Positions 45,979 through 56,257 of a stretch of 60,647 nt of DNA are shown here, piece by piece. A program made the position numbers and the translations under genes. Positions within the stretch are counted from its first letter, which is position 1. Each line of letters begins with the position of its first letter. Origin of the DNA: Fonticula alba ATCC 38817 (lineage: Eukaryota; Protista; Nucleariida); the NCBI GenBank assembly GCA_000388065.2, contig KB932203.1; one strand, written 5' to 3'. Below the pieces are notes generated by a model, which saw nothing but the letters and a program-made list of their open reading frames with translations, was not told the DNA's origin and made no database searches.

Positions 45979-48900
45979 ATGTCCTCCCATTTGATCAAGT
46001 CCCTGGTGGCCGTCTTGGCCCTGTCTTCGGCGGCCGTCCTCGCGTCGGAGGCCACCACCGCTGCCCTGCATGAGCAGGTGGCCCTGGAGAAGTCCATCGA
46101 TGCGCGCCTGTCGCTGGCCGAGCAGTTCGCGTCGGACATCAACTCCGCCGTTGTCCCCTCCTCGGAGCGTGCTCGTCGCGAGGCCCAGCGCGAGTCGGAT
46201 GCCCGCATCCTTCGGACCCGTGCGTTGGATGGCGCTCCAGGCGGGCTTTTTCTTTCTGCGTCCCCTTGCTCGGGCAGGCCGGGCCCCGTGACCTTGGGCC
46301 GCCGCCTTTTCCGCCCCGGGGCTCTGTGACTGCTGACAACCATGACATCCCTTTGCCGGCCGGGGGGGGCCTCGGGTGTTCGGCCTGGCCATGCATAGGT
46401 GGCATCCATGATATGCTCAAGCGCGTGGATCTGGTCGCGCCGCGCATTCAAACGGTCGAGGCCCGCGGCGCCGCTGCCGGTACGCACACCGCCATCTTGG
46501 CCGGTCCCGGGCCTTCCGCTCAGGGGCTCGGCCAACGTCCCTGTGGCGACGACTTTGGCGCCTCGAGGCGCAAACCCCCGCTTGGCCTGCCGGGCTCCTG
46601 ACAAGAATTCCCCCTCCCCCCGCCCTCCCCCCGATACCGCTGAACCCACTGCCCAGGCTCCGCCCCGCCCACCATGAAGCTGGTTCTCTCCAGCGAGCGC
46701 GACGAGTTCCAGTTCGACCTGATCCACAACAGTGACCTGTTCATGGCCGGGCCCTCGGTCGGCCAATTGAACCCCCGCCTGAACCGGGCCTACAAGGGCC
46801 GCGTCACCCGCCAGTCCGACGGCAAGACCAGCTCCGTGGTGGCCATCACCTGGAACGACAAGCGCCTGGAGGGCTTCTGGCGCTTCGACCAGGAGGACGG
46901 CTGGTGGCATGTGGCCACCGATGAGAGTGCGTGCTTGCACCTGAGGCAGGCTCGGCCCGCGAGCAGGGGGCGGGCAGCGAGAGAGAGAGAGAGAGAGGGA
47001 GGGAGAAATACACCGGAAAGGGCTTTCGCCAGTGCTCTCCTGGCCTTTTCTTGGCAGCGCGCGACCCCTAGCGCCAGCACATCATGCCCCGGCTCCGGGC
47101 CCCGGCCCAGCCACATTGCCAAGGCCGGCCTTTTCCTGCCGCGGCCAAGCTGCTGCCTGTCTCCCTGACCATAGTCACGACGCTCTTCCGATCTACCGGA
47201 AAGGGCTTTCGCCAGTGCTCTCCTGGCCTTTTCTTGGCAGCGCGCGACCCCTAGCGCCAGCACATCATGCCCCGGCTCCGGGCCCCGGCCCAGCCACATT
47301 GCCAAGGCCGGCCTTTTCCTGCCGCGGCCAAGCTGCTGCCTGTCTCCCTGACCATAGTGCCCCTTCGCAGAGAGCCTCATCGCCCGCGATGCCAACCACG
47401 CCATCGTGTACCACGAGTCGGACCTCACCGAGGCCGCGGCCAAGCAGCTCCAGCGGCGGACGTGCTCGGCCCGCGCGCCCACCGTCACCATCGAGGGGGC
47501 CCCGGCGGCCGCGACCAAGAAGCAGACCGCGCGCACCCTGCTGGAGGAGGATGCCGTGGTGACGGCCGCCGACGCCATGCGCGCCTCGCCCGAGGCCGCC
47601 GCCGCCACCCTGGCCACCACCATGGAGGCCCGCGCGGAGAANNNNNNNNNNNNNNNNNNNNNNNNNNNNNNNNNNNNNNNNCACCGTCACCATCGAGGGG
47701 GCCCCGGCGGCCGCGACCAAGAAGCAGACCGCGCGCACCCTGCTGGAGGAGGATGCCGTGGTGACGGCCGCCGACGCCATGCGCGCCTCGCCCGAGGCCG
47801 CCGCCGCCACCCTGGCCACCACCATGGAGGCCCGCGCGGAGACGCCCCTGTACATGGAGCTCAGCATGATCGGCGACTCGTATCTGTTCAGCCGGTATGG
47901 CAGCGAGGCGGCCGCGCAGCAGCGCCTGGTCGGCGTGGCCAACGGCGCGGCGGTCCTCTATGAGAATGGCGACAAGGTCTTCTGGCGCCCCCTGCGCCTG
48001 GTCCTCACCCGGACCGAGGCATTCTCCTCGGACCCCTTCAACTCCTCCAGCGATGCGGACCGCCTGCTGCCGAACTTCTGCAACTGGCGCTACAGCAAGA
48101 TGAACGGCGATGTCGGGCAGCTGCTGACCGGCCGTGATCTGCAGGTCGACGGGGACTATGGCGTCGTGGGGTATGCCCCTCTGAATGCCATGTGCTCGCC
48201 AACCTCCTGCGGCATCAACGAGGACACCGTCGCCTCGCTGGCTTTCACCGCCGAGACCGTGGCCCATGAGATTGGCCATACGCTCGGTGCCAACCATGAT
48301 GGCGATGGCAACAGCTGCCCCATCACCGGCTATGTCATGGCCTGGGCCAGTGCCCCGGGCAAGCTCAGCCAGGAGTGGAGCACCTGCAGTGCCCGGTCCA
48401 TTGAGTCCTACGTCAAGTCCCTCGGGGTGCGTGCATGGGGCTGATGCACGCTTGTTCCGGGAGGGGCGAGACCCCGGGGCCGCGGGAGCGGCGGGGGAGG
48501 GAGGGGGGGGGGGTTACATGAGACGATTGGGCTTGTCTTTTGGTCTTCCTTTATCGGCGCCTTCCTTGGCGCAATACCGCGCGCGCGCGCGCGCGACCCC
48601 CCGCGACTTGGCGCTCTCTAACATACGGGACATCGCTCTTTTTGACCCTTGTGCCGGCCCCCCATCATCTGGTGCTCCGACCTCCGGCTCCCTCGCTCCT
48701 CCCTGTGTCATGGTCATCGCTTCTTTTTTTTTTGCCCATTCCGGGGGCGCCCATGGGTTTGGCCATATCCTCTTTTCCCCTCACGGCGCATATGCACACC
48801 CAGGCGGACAACTGCATGACGAATGTCGTCAACTACGTGGCCCCGACCAACATCCAGGGCAACTGCCTCGGACGCCCGGTGGCTGATGGCACCTACTGCG

Positions 48901-49484
48901 AGGCAGATGGGACTTTCCTGTGGGTGCGTCGTCCTTCCTGCCGCTCGGTTTCCGCCTCTCTCGGTGACCTGGGGATGGGCCTATGCCCTGGCAAAGGCTG
49001 GTTCGCCGTTCCTGTCGGGAGCTTGGAGACACGAAGGGGGCAGGGGCGCAGGGCCCGACAGGAAGAAGCAAATATGCCGCGCCCCCCGCTCATGCGCCTG
49101 AGCGATTGCGGACACCTTTCTAACTCTCTCACGATGTGACGCTGCCACCCGCCAACGCCGTGCCCTTTTGACACTTGACCTCGCACTCGCGCGATCCCCC
49201 CCCCCCCCCCCCCATGTGCGACCCTCCGCAAACACGCGCCCCGCCACGCTCACGCGCAGTGCCCTCGCGGTGCGCGCGGCTTCTGCCCGACGAACTTCTC
49301 CTGCGTCGCCACCAGCACCTCTTCGGCTGTGTGCCAGAATGCCAACGGCGAGACGGCCGAGCCGATCGTCGGGCCCACCCCCACCAAGCGCCCCAACTCC
49401 GCCGCCATGCGCTCGCCCCTCGGCGGGCTGGCCGTGTCGGCAGCCGCTGCCGTGGTGGCCGCGTGTCTTTCCACCATCCTGTAA
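45979..49484 (+). CDS. Secreted, probably GPI-anchored ADAM/reprolysin-type (M12B) zinc metalloprotease. Exons 45979-46219, 46399-46479, 46657-46926, 47371-48426 (contains artefactual duplication and gap), 48804-48923, 49260-49484
   Basis: Signal peptide MSSHLIKSLVAVLALSSAAVLA, then a prodomain, the metzincin motif HEIGHTLGANHD, a Met-turn GYVMA and WSTCS. A Cys-rich tail is followed by a hydrophobic C-terminus with no cytoplasmic tail. Introns are phase-consistent once the 47480-47841 duplication is collapsed. Confidence 0.85.
47012..47358. repeat. Identical direct repeat of about 164 bp (47012-47175 and 47195-47358) separated by the adapter; assembly artefact
   Basis: The copies look identical by eye and the spacer is the Illumina adapter. 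Confidence 0.9.
47176..47194 (+). other. Illumina adapter remnant CACGACGCTCTTCCGATCT in the assembly
   Basis: A 19-nt exact match to the 3' end of the Illumina read-1 primer/adapter (ACACTCTTTCCCTACACGACGCTCTTCCGATCT). It sits exactly between two identical copies of about 164 bp. Confidence 0.93.
47480..47841. repeat. Identical direct repeat of about 160 bp (47480-47640 and 47682-47841) flanking N-gap 47642-47681; probable unmerged contig overlap
   Basis: The copies look identical, flank a gap and are offset by 202 nt (not a multiple of 3). Collapsing them restores one open reading frame. Confidence 0.85.
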
Positions 49485-52400
49485 GGTCCCCTAGAGATGT
49501 GCCATTTTTTCGATCCCTCGCGGGAGATCATGAATGAAGGCTCGCGCGCGAGCAACCACCCCCCACACTCCCCCACCCGCGCATACACGGAGCACAGAGA
49601 TAGGGGGAAAGACCCGACAAGAGATCTATATATAATATACACACCTTCACCTCAATGAGTGAGAAAGACACGCGTCCATGCCCTATGGCTGCGCAACGGC
49701 GCGCCCGATGCGGGGGGGGGGGGGGGGAGATATTTCAGAGGGACCGACGTGGACCACATATGCGAGCTGGCACGGTGCGCCGGCCCAAAGCGGAGCCAGC
49801 CGCACGCACTCCCTGGCGAAGGACACGGGACCTCCTCCAGCCCAGCAATAACAGACACAAGAAGCGAAGCCAGAGGGTGGCCGGAGGTTTGAAGAAAGAG
49901 AAGCGGGGGGGGGGAGGGGGAGCCCCAGCGCTCACACGGTGGAGAAGGCGCCAAAGTCCGTGCTTGAGGGAGTGCAGATGGTGATGGAACAGGAAGAAAG
50001 AGACGCATCGGCCGTGAAGATCGGACCGCCAGGCGCAAGTCGAGATATATGGCTCGACATGTTGCGGCGGCTGCACGGCGGCGGTGCCTCGGCCCTCGCT
50101 GCCGCCAAGGACTCTGGTACATTGGGCCGCGGGTGATCCTTCTCCTGTTTGGGGGCGATTCGTCAATCATGGCCGCGCCGTGGCAGAGTCCACGCGCCTC
50201 GGCCTGGACGTCCATCGCAGGGCAGGGTCATAGACATGGGGCTGCCCACGGGTGCCGGCCGGCGCACACCCTAGGGGGGCATCTCGGCATGTTTGCGTAG
50301 AGCTGGGTCCACTCGGGTGGAGGACGACCCCCACACGCCTTGGACTCGGGACGAGATGGGGAGGGAGACAAGACCGGGTGGGCACCCCGCCTTGAAAAGG
50401 CCGCCCACGGCATGGGAACATCGCATCCCCAGCAGCATGCCCACCCTCCTGGCTCCCGAAGGGCCGAGGGCGGGGCTGCTTGCTCGCATGAGACGCCGAA
50501 GAGGCACACCAAGCCCCCCTGTCGCAGTGGGGGCATCTGGGCAAATTTTGTGCGTGTGTCAGTGTGCAAGCATGCAAGCCTGCCCTTCCCCTTGGTGGAG
50601 AAGCACCGACAGCATGGGTACAAAAGCACACAGGAAGGCTGGCAACACTTGACCTGGCGGCTGCCGGGGAATCCTTCGTCGGGGGAGGCGGCCGCGGAGT
50701 GGGAGCAAGATCAGGCACCAATGCAACTGTGCCTTGGCTCGGGAGCCCTGCAGAATGACACACCCATCCGCGTGTGGCCGCGTGGCATCCGCGCGCGGCC
50801 CCCACATGTCGGGGGCGGCGGCATCGGCCGGACTGTGCGGCGCAGCGAGTCCCTTGGGCTGCCTCTCCGTCGGGATGATACTGAGCCATATTCTTGCGGG
50901 GCTCACGGTGGAGAACCAGCCACCGCCAGCATGGTCGTCGGATCTGGTGCGCCCGCTGGGGGCCATGGCGGCGTCCAGAGTGTGGCCCCACGTCCGGATG
51001 GCGGAATGTCCGACCAGGCACATGAGATGTGGCGTGCGTTGTCCTCGCGGTCATGTGCACGCGCCTTGCTTTGGGGGCGGTCTTGCTTGCATATCGATGA
51101 CTGCGGAGGCAGGCCCTCGGCACCACACCGGATAAGGGGCATCGAAGGACGGGGGGGGGGGAGCCGATCCTCAAAGGTGGGCCCATGGGCTCCTGCCCCA
51201 CAACGGTCATCGGAAACGACGCGCAAAATGCCGCGGCCGACTGAATTCATAAAGCCCACAGTCTCATTAACTGTAAAGCGGGCTAGTGTGCCCTTTCATT
51301 CAGTGCCCACCGACGAGTTCATAATGGTATTCTAGTGATCCGGTTCCGGACGGGGATCTCCTCTCGCAGAAGGCTTGTCCATCAGAACACATCTTCGCCA
51401 ATCAAAATCCCGGTCCAGGGCAGCTCGACTCGATTACAAATCAAAATATCCTGATAACATAGCCCGCTAGCCTTCCCGCGCATTTGCCTCGTCGACGGAG
51501 CGGCGCGGGGGGGGGGGGGCGCATCTGAGCTTGACCTTTTCAAGTTGGGCGGGGGGAGGTCGCTGGTCGGGGCCTTTCGCTCCTCGGAACCCGGGCCTCG
51601 ATCTACACAGCCGGCGGGATGGGGTCGACCGCGCGCGCGCGCGCGCCGGCAACGGTCGGCTGGCCTCGTCCGGTCCACGCGGCGAGGCGGACCCCTCAGA
51701 CATGCTGGATAGTAACGCCCAGGGGATCATTACGTAAAATGGCCCCGATGGGGATGCAGATCGTTCCCCCCCCTCCCGGAACCANNNNNNNNNNCGCCCC
51801 GCCTCCCTGGCCTCGCGGCGCCTGCCTCGCCGCCCTTCGAGACCCTTCTCTCCTGGTGGTGCGGAACAGCTCGGGGCGGCGTGGGACGGTCGGACGGACC
51901 GGGGGCGGGGGGGGATGGAAAATCTGCCCCGGACCGGTGGGCATTCTATCTCGAGCGGCCGCGGGGTATATGTGCGCCGCCCCGGCATGGACGGGCGCAC
52001 GTCCATCCCCATGCCCGGGGTAGACGTGTCTCGAACCCGGAAGACTCGGGGTGGTTCGCACACACGCACAACACACCCTAGACGACATGCGTGCTGACAA
52101 GAAGACTGGCGTGTGCCAGCTCGGCCCGATTGTCGAACAATCCCGTTGTCGGTCCCCAGCAGGGGCGGGGGGTGCAGGACACACGGCCGGGGGAAGAGAC
52201 AAGAGAGACAAGGCCGGGAATCTCCGGGGCGGGGCGGAGGGAAAGCTGACCGAGTGCGAGGGTGTGTATGCTTCCGCCGGAAAGGAACAATGCGATATTC
52301 ACGACATCCCCGGGGACTATTTCGCCGATAGGGCCCTCTGGCTGGGACATTATGTCGTCCCTCTGCCGCGGCCACCGCGGTGGCGTTGGAAAGACAGGAG

Positions 52401-53884
52401 GGGCCGACAGAGCGGCGGGGGGGGGTGCCTGCGCGTGCGCGCGCCCGGAGCCGAGGCCAAGGGCGAGGTGCGTAGGCAGCATCCGGGACCGCGCTCAGAC
52501 GGGGTGGCCGGCCGAGAGGGGCTCAGGGGCTCTCGGACATATGTGAGCCTGGGACGGCGCTGGCTGGCGTCCTTGCCCGCAATGTGATGTGGTGCCCGGT
52601 CGGAGGGTCGGGCAAAATTCCGAGCGGCGTCCGCGCCGATGTTTCCCGAGCGACTGGTCCGGACAAGTTGACTGTCTGAGAATGTGCATGAGGGGGCGCG
52701 CGCTTGCCCACACTCGTCCGGACCCCCCGGGAGGGAGGCCCGTCGAGCGCACCGGGCGGCCATGGCACAAGCGGACCCGGGGACAGCGAGGGGCTGCGGA
52801 GGCCATTCGCCGGCGCCGGGGCAGGGGCCGGGAGGGGCGGGGGAAACTCCCGACGCACCTTTGCGCGGATCCTGCTGCGACAGTTAGTTTCCCTTTTTCG
52901 GGCCTGCCCCGTTCGGGCCGGCTGGCTGGCTAGCTGGCCGCGATAGCCGGGGGCGGGGGGGGGGGGGCGGGCCAGGCTCGGGCGTATGTTTTTAGGCCGG
53001 GCCGGCCCTGGACCTTTGTCGGCACCCTTGCCGGCTTACCAACTGGCTGGGCATTTGCGCCCGGGCTGACGATGCCCAGGGAGCTGGATCCCCCCTCGGC
53101 CCCGGGTGTTGCCCCTTGCCCGCGAGTAAGCGGCCCGCCGGGTGAGGGTAAGCACCACACCGCCGGGAGGGGGCTTGGAACTGGCGCGTGCTCGTGCGCG
53201 CGTACTTGGCCATTTTCGGTACTGTCCACTCCCCCTGGCATTCCCCCTTTCTGGACCGGCATTCGCCACCGGGGCCGTTTCACGGAAAAGCCCAACCCGT
53301 CCGGCGACCGGCCGGCAGCGCCTCCGAACCTTTCTCGCCGGGTCATTTTCTCCCGAGCCCTCCCCCGCGGTGTTCGGCGCCGGACTCGGCTGTGCTGGCT
53401 GCGTATGTTTGTGTGTGTGTGCGTGTGTGGGTGTGGGTGTGTGTGTGTGTGCCGGGGCGGGGGCAGAGGAGCCTGGCGATGAGAGGCGAGAAAGCTACGC
53501 CTGCGCGGGCCGGCTGTCGCCCTTCTGTCGTTGGAGCCCAGGCGAACAGGTCTCTTCTCCACCCCCCCCCCTACCGCTGGGCCTCGCCCACTGTCGCTTT
53601 TGAGGATTCCCTGGCCCTTGGCGAGGCGGCATCCCCCAAGTCCGGAGAGAAGGAGCTCCCCCCTCTCACCCCCCCTGCCTGTTGAGTGCCTTGGACATGT
53701 CCAGGTGTGTCGCCCGTTCGCCGCCGCCCGACCCCCGCCCCCCGTTCGCGTGTCCGTTGTCTCCCCACCTCGGGCCCCGTCTCATCCTGCCAACGAGGAC
53801 ATTCTCCCGCCCTGTGCTTGCGCTCCGGCCCCCTCGCCCCTCACCCCCCCCCCCCCCCCGGCCCCCGCTGCCCTCGTCGAAAGC

Positions 53885-53892
53885 TATATAAG
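53885..53892 (+). promoter_or_regulatory. Candidate TATA box (TATATAAG) upstream of the FMN reductase gene
   Basis: An isolated TATA consensus in GC-rich context, 36 nt before the in-frame ATG 53921 and about 170 nt before ATG 54056. Confidence 0.55.
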
Positions 53893-54055
53893 CCCGCCTG
53901 GCTTGGCCCCCTCGTTCAAGATGAAGTACACCCCCGCCACCTGGAAGATTCACTTGTTCTTCCTTCTCCTCCTCCTCTCTCTCCTGTGCACGCTGCTCTT
54001 CGGCCCCGTGTCGACTCTTGCCTGCCCCTCCCCCGCCACCACCACCACCCTCATC

Positions 54056-54658
54056 ATGTCTGCCCCCATCAAGGTCGTCGTCTTCCTCGGCTCCGTTCGC
54101 GAGGGCCGCAACGGTATCCGCCTGGCCAACATGATCCTCAACACCCTGCGCAACCGCAACATCGATGTTGAGTTCGCCGACGCCGCCGACTACAACCTGC
54201 CCGTCTTCCAGAAGTACGGCTTCCAGTACACCGCTGAGGACCTGTCCGACACCCAGACCTCCAAGCTGGCCGCCCTGCGCAACCACATCCGCGAGGCCGA
54301 CGCCTTTGTCGCCGTCACCGGCGAGTACAACGCCAACCTGCAGCCCGGCCTGCTGAACCTCATCGACTCCTTCGTGCCCGATGACTATGCCAAGCGCCCG
54401 GTTGCCATTGCCTCCTACTCCATTGGTCCCCTGGCTGGCGCCCGCACCCACGGCCTGTCCCGCGCTCTGTTCGGCAACCTCGGTGCCTTTGTCATCCCCA
54501 AGATCGTCGCCGTGCCCACCATCCACGAGGCCATCTCCGAGGAGGGTGCCGATCTGACCCCCAACAAGTTCCACGAGACCGCCATCGGCGACCTCATCAC
54601 CGAGCTCACCTGGTATGCCGAGGCCATCGCCGCCAAGCGCAAGAACGACTCCGCTTAA
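54056..54658 (+). CDS. Intronless NAD(P)H-dependent FMN reductase / quinone-azo reductase (flavodoxin-like, FMN_red family)
   Basis: Motifs include VVVFLGSVREGRNG, ADAFVAVTGEYNANLQPGLLNLID and KRPVAIASYS.G..AGAR. Codon bias is very strong (C/G-ending). An in-frame upstream ATG at 53921 could add a hydrophobic 45-aa extension. Confidence 0.92.
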   Translation: MSAPIKVVVFLGSVREGRNGIRLANMILNTLRNRNIDVEFADAADYNLPVFQKYGFQYTAEDLSDTQTSKLAALRNHIREADAFVAVTGEYNANLQPGLLNLIDSFVPDDYAKRPVAIASYSIGPLAGARTHGLSRALFGNLGAFVIPKIVAVPTIHEAISEEGADLTPNKFHETAIGDLITELTWYAEAIAAKRKNDSA

Positions 54659-55932
54659 GCGTCTCGGCGCCCGACACATATGACAGCCACATGCGTGCGT
54701 GTCCCCCCCCCCCCCTCCTTCTCTCTCTCTCTCTCTCTCACTCCATGGGTGTGCATCATGAACACGGTGCTCCCGGGGTGGTGGGGACGGGCGGGAGGGG
54801 AGGCGGAGGGGGGGGGGGGGCCTGCCGCAAGATGCGCTCCCTCTCTCCCTCCACTTCCGTCCTAATTGGGAGCGTGCAGGCCTGTGCGCGCGTGCGCGAC
54901 TTCGCGCATGTATGCCGCGCCCCTGCGATGCTCCCTCTGTTGGGCAACGTGAATCGGGCTCGGAGGCGTTTGTGCGCGCCGATGCCCTTTTGCCATGTGC
55001 ATGGGCGGCGGCCCCCACACACAGACACCCTCAGAAAAACGGCCATCTTCCCCCCAGTAGAGTCCCCTTCTTTCTCCCCATTCCGTAAGTGTCCTTGCTT
55101 TCAAATACAAATATCTCCTCATTCGTGGTCTCGATTCCAGGGCGGGGGCGGGGTGGGCCTCGTTGACTTGGTGGATGGGGGGGGGGGGGGGGGAAATGCC
55201 CCACTGGCTGGAACTCATGATGTGTGGCGGCTTCGACGGGGTCTCCTCGCAGTACTCGAAAAGCCAGGGAGATAGAGAGACATATTGGTGTATGTGTGCG
55301 TGTGTGCATTTTTCTGGGGGGGGACGAAGAAAGTCCGGGGGCGGGCCATCGGGAGGAAGTTCGAGGGTATGTCCAGATGGCTGTGGTATTGGTGTGAATG
55401 TGCCCCCCCGGCCGCGTGGGAACTGCTCGTAAATCTGTCTCCCCTCCCCGATGGTCCTCGACCAGTGGCGGAGGCTGGCCAGAGCGCACGCTGATACCAA
55501 GCCGCTGAGGGACAAATTCCCCCCTCCTTTGGGGAAGAGCAGAGCAGCAAGAAAAAAAACAGGACGCTGGGGGGGGGGGGGGGGATGGCGTGGAGGAAAG
55601 AGAGATCCATTGGCCCGGGGCACAAGGGGCAGCCCATCATCAAGGCACAAGGCAACAACATAGGATCACCAAGGGCTCATGACACACATGTGGCCAAGAA
55701 GAAGCAGTCTGCCATGGACCCCGGTCACTGCCTGCCGGGCAAGGATCCGGGCCGGGGAAAAGGGAGGGGGAGACAACACAGGCATGGCACGAGCAAAAGA
55801 AAAAAAAAAAAAAAAAAAACCCTGCGAGAAAGGAGAATAGTGTACATTTGGGGCCAGGCGGCGTGGCAAGAACAGGAGAGGGACAGGCAGAAAGCGGAGG
55901 AGGGGGACCGGTGAGAGGCAACCGCCCCCGCC

Positions 55933-56217
55933 CTAGATGAAGAGCTTGTTGATGGAGGTGTTGGCGTCGGCATCACGGCGCATGACCTTGGCCACGGCAG
56001 CCTCGAAGTCGGCATGCGTCACATGAAGGCGCCGCTCGCGCAGGGCCACCATGCCCGCCTCGGTACAGACACCCCGGCACTCGGCACCCGACGCGCCCGG
56101 CATCTTGGAGGCAATGGCATTGAGATCGATGTCACGCGCGAGGTTCATCCGACGCGAGTGAATCTTGAGGATATCCACGCGGGCCTACGTCCAGGCAGGG
56201 GGAGGAGGGGGGGGGGC

Positions 56218-56257
<40 letters not shown>

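Noticed and set aside
47012-47358. Intronic tandem duplication as a possible mobile element or regulatory repeat
   Set aside because: The spacer is an Illumina adapter, so the duplication is an artefact.
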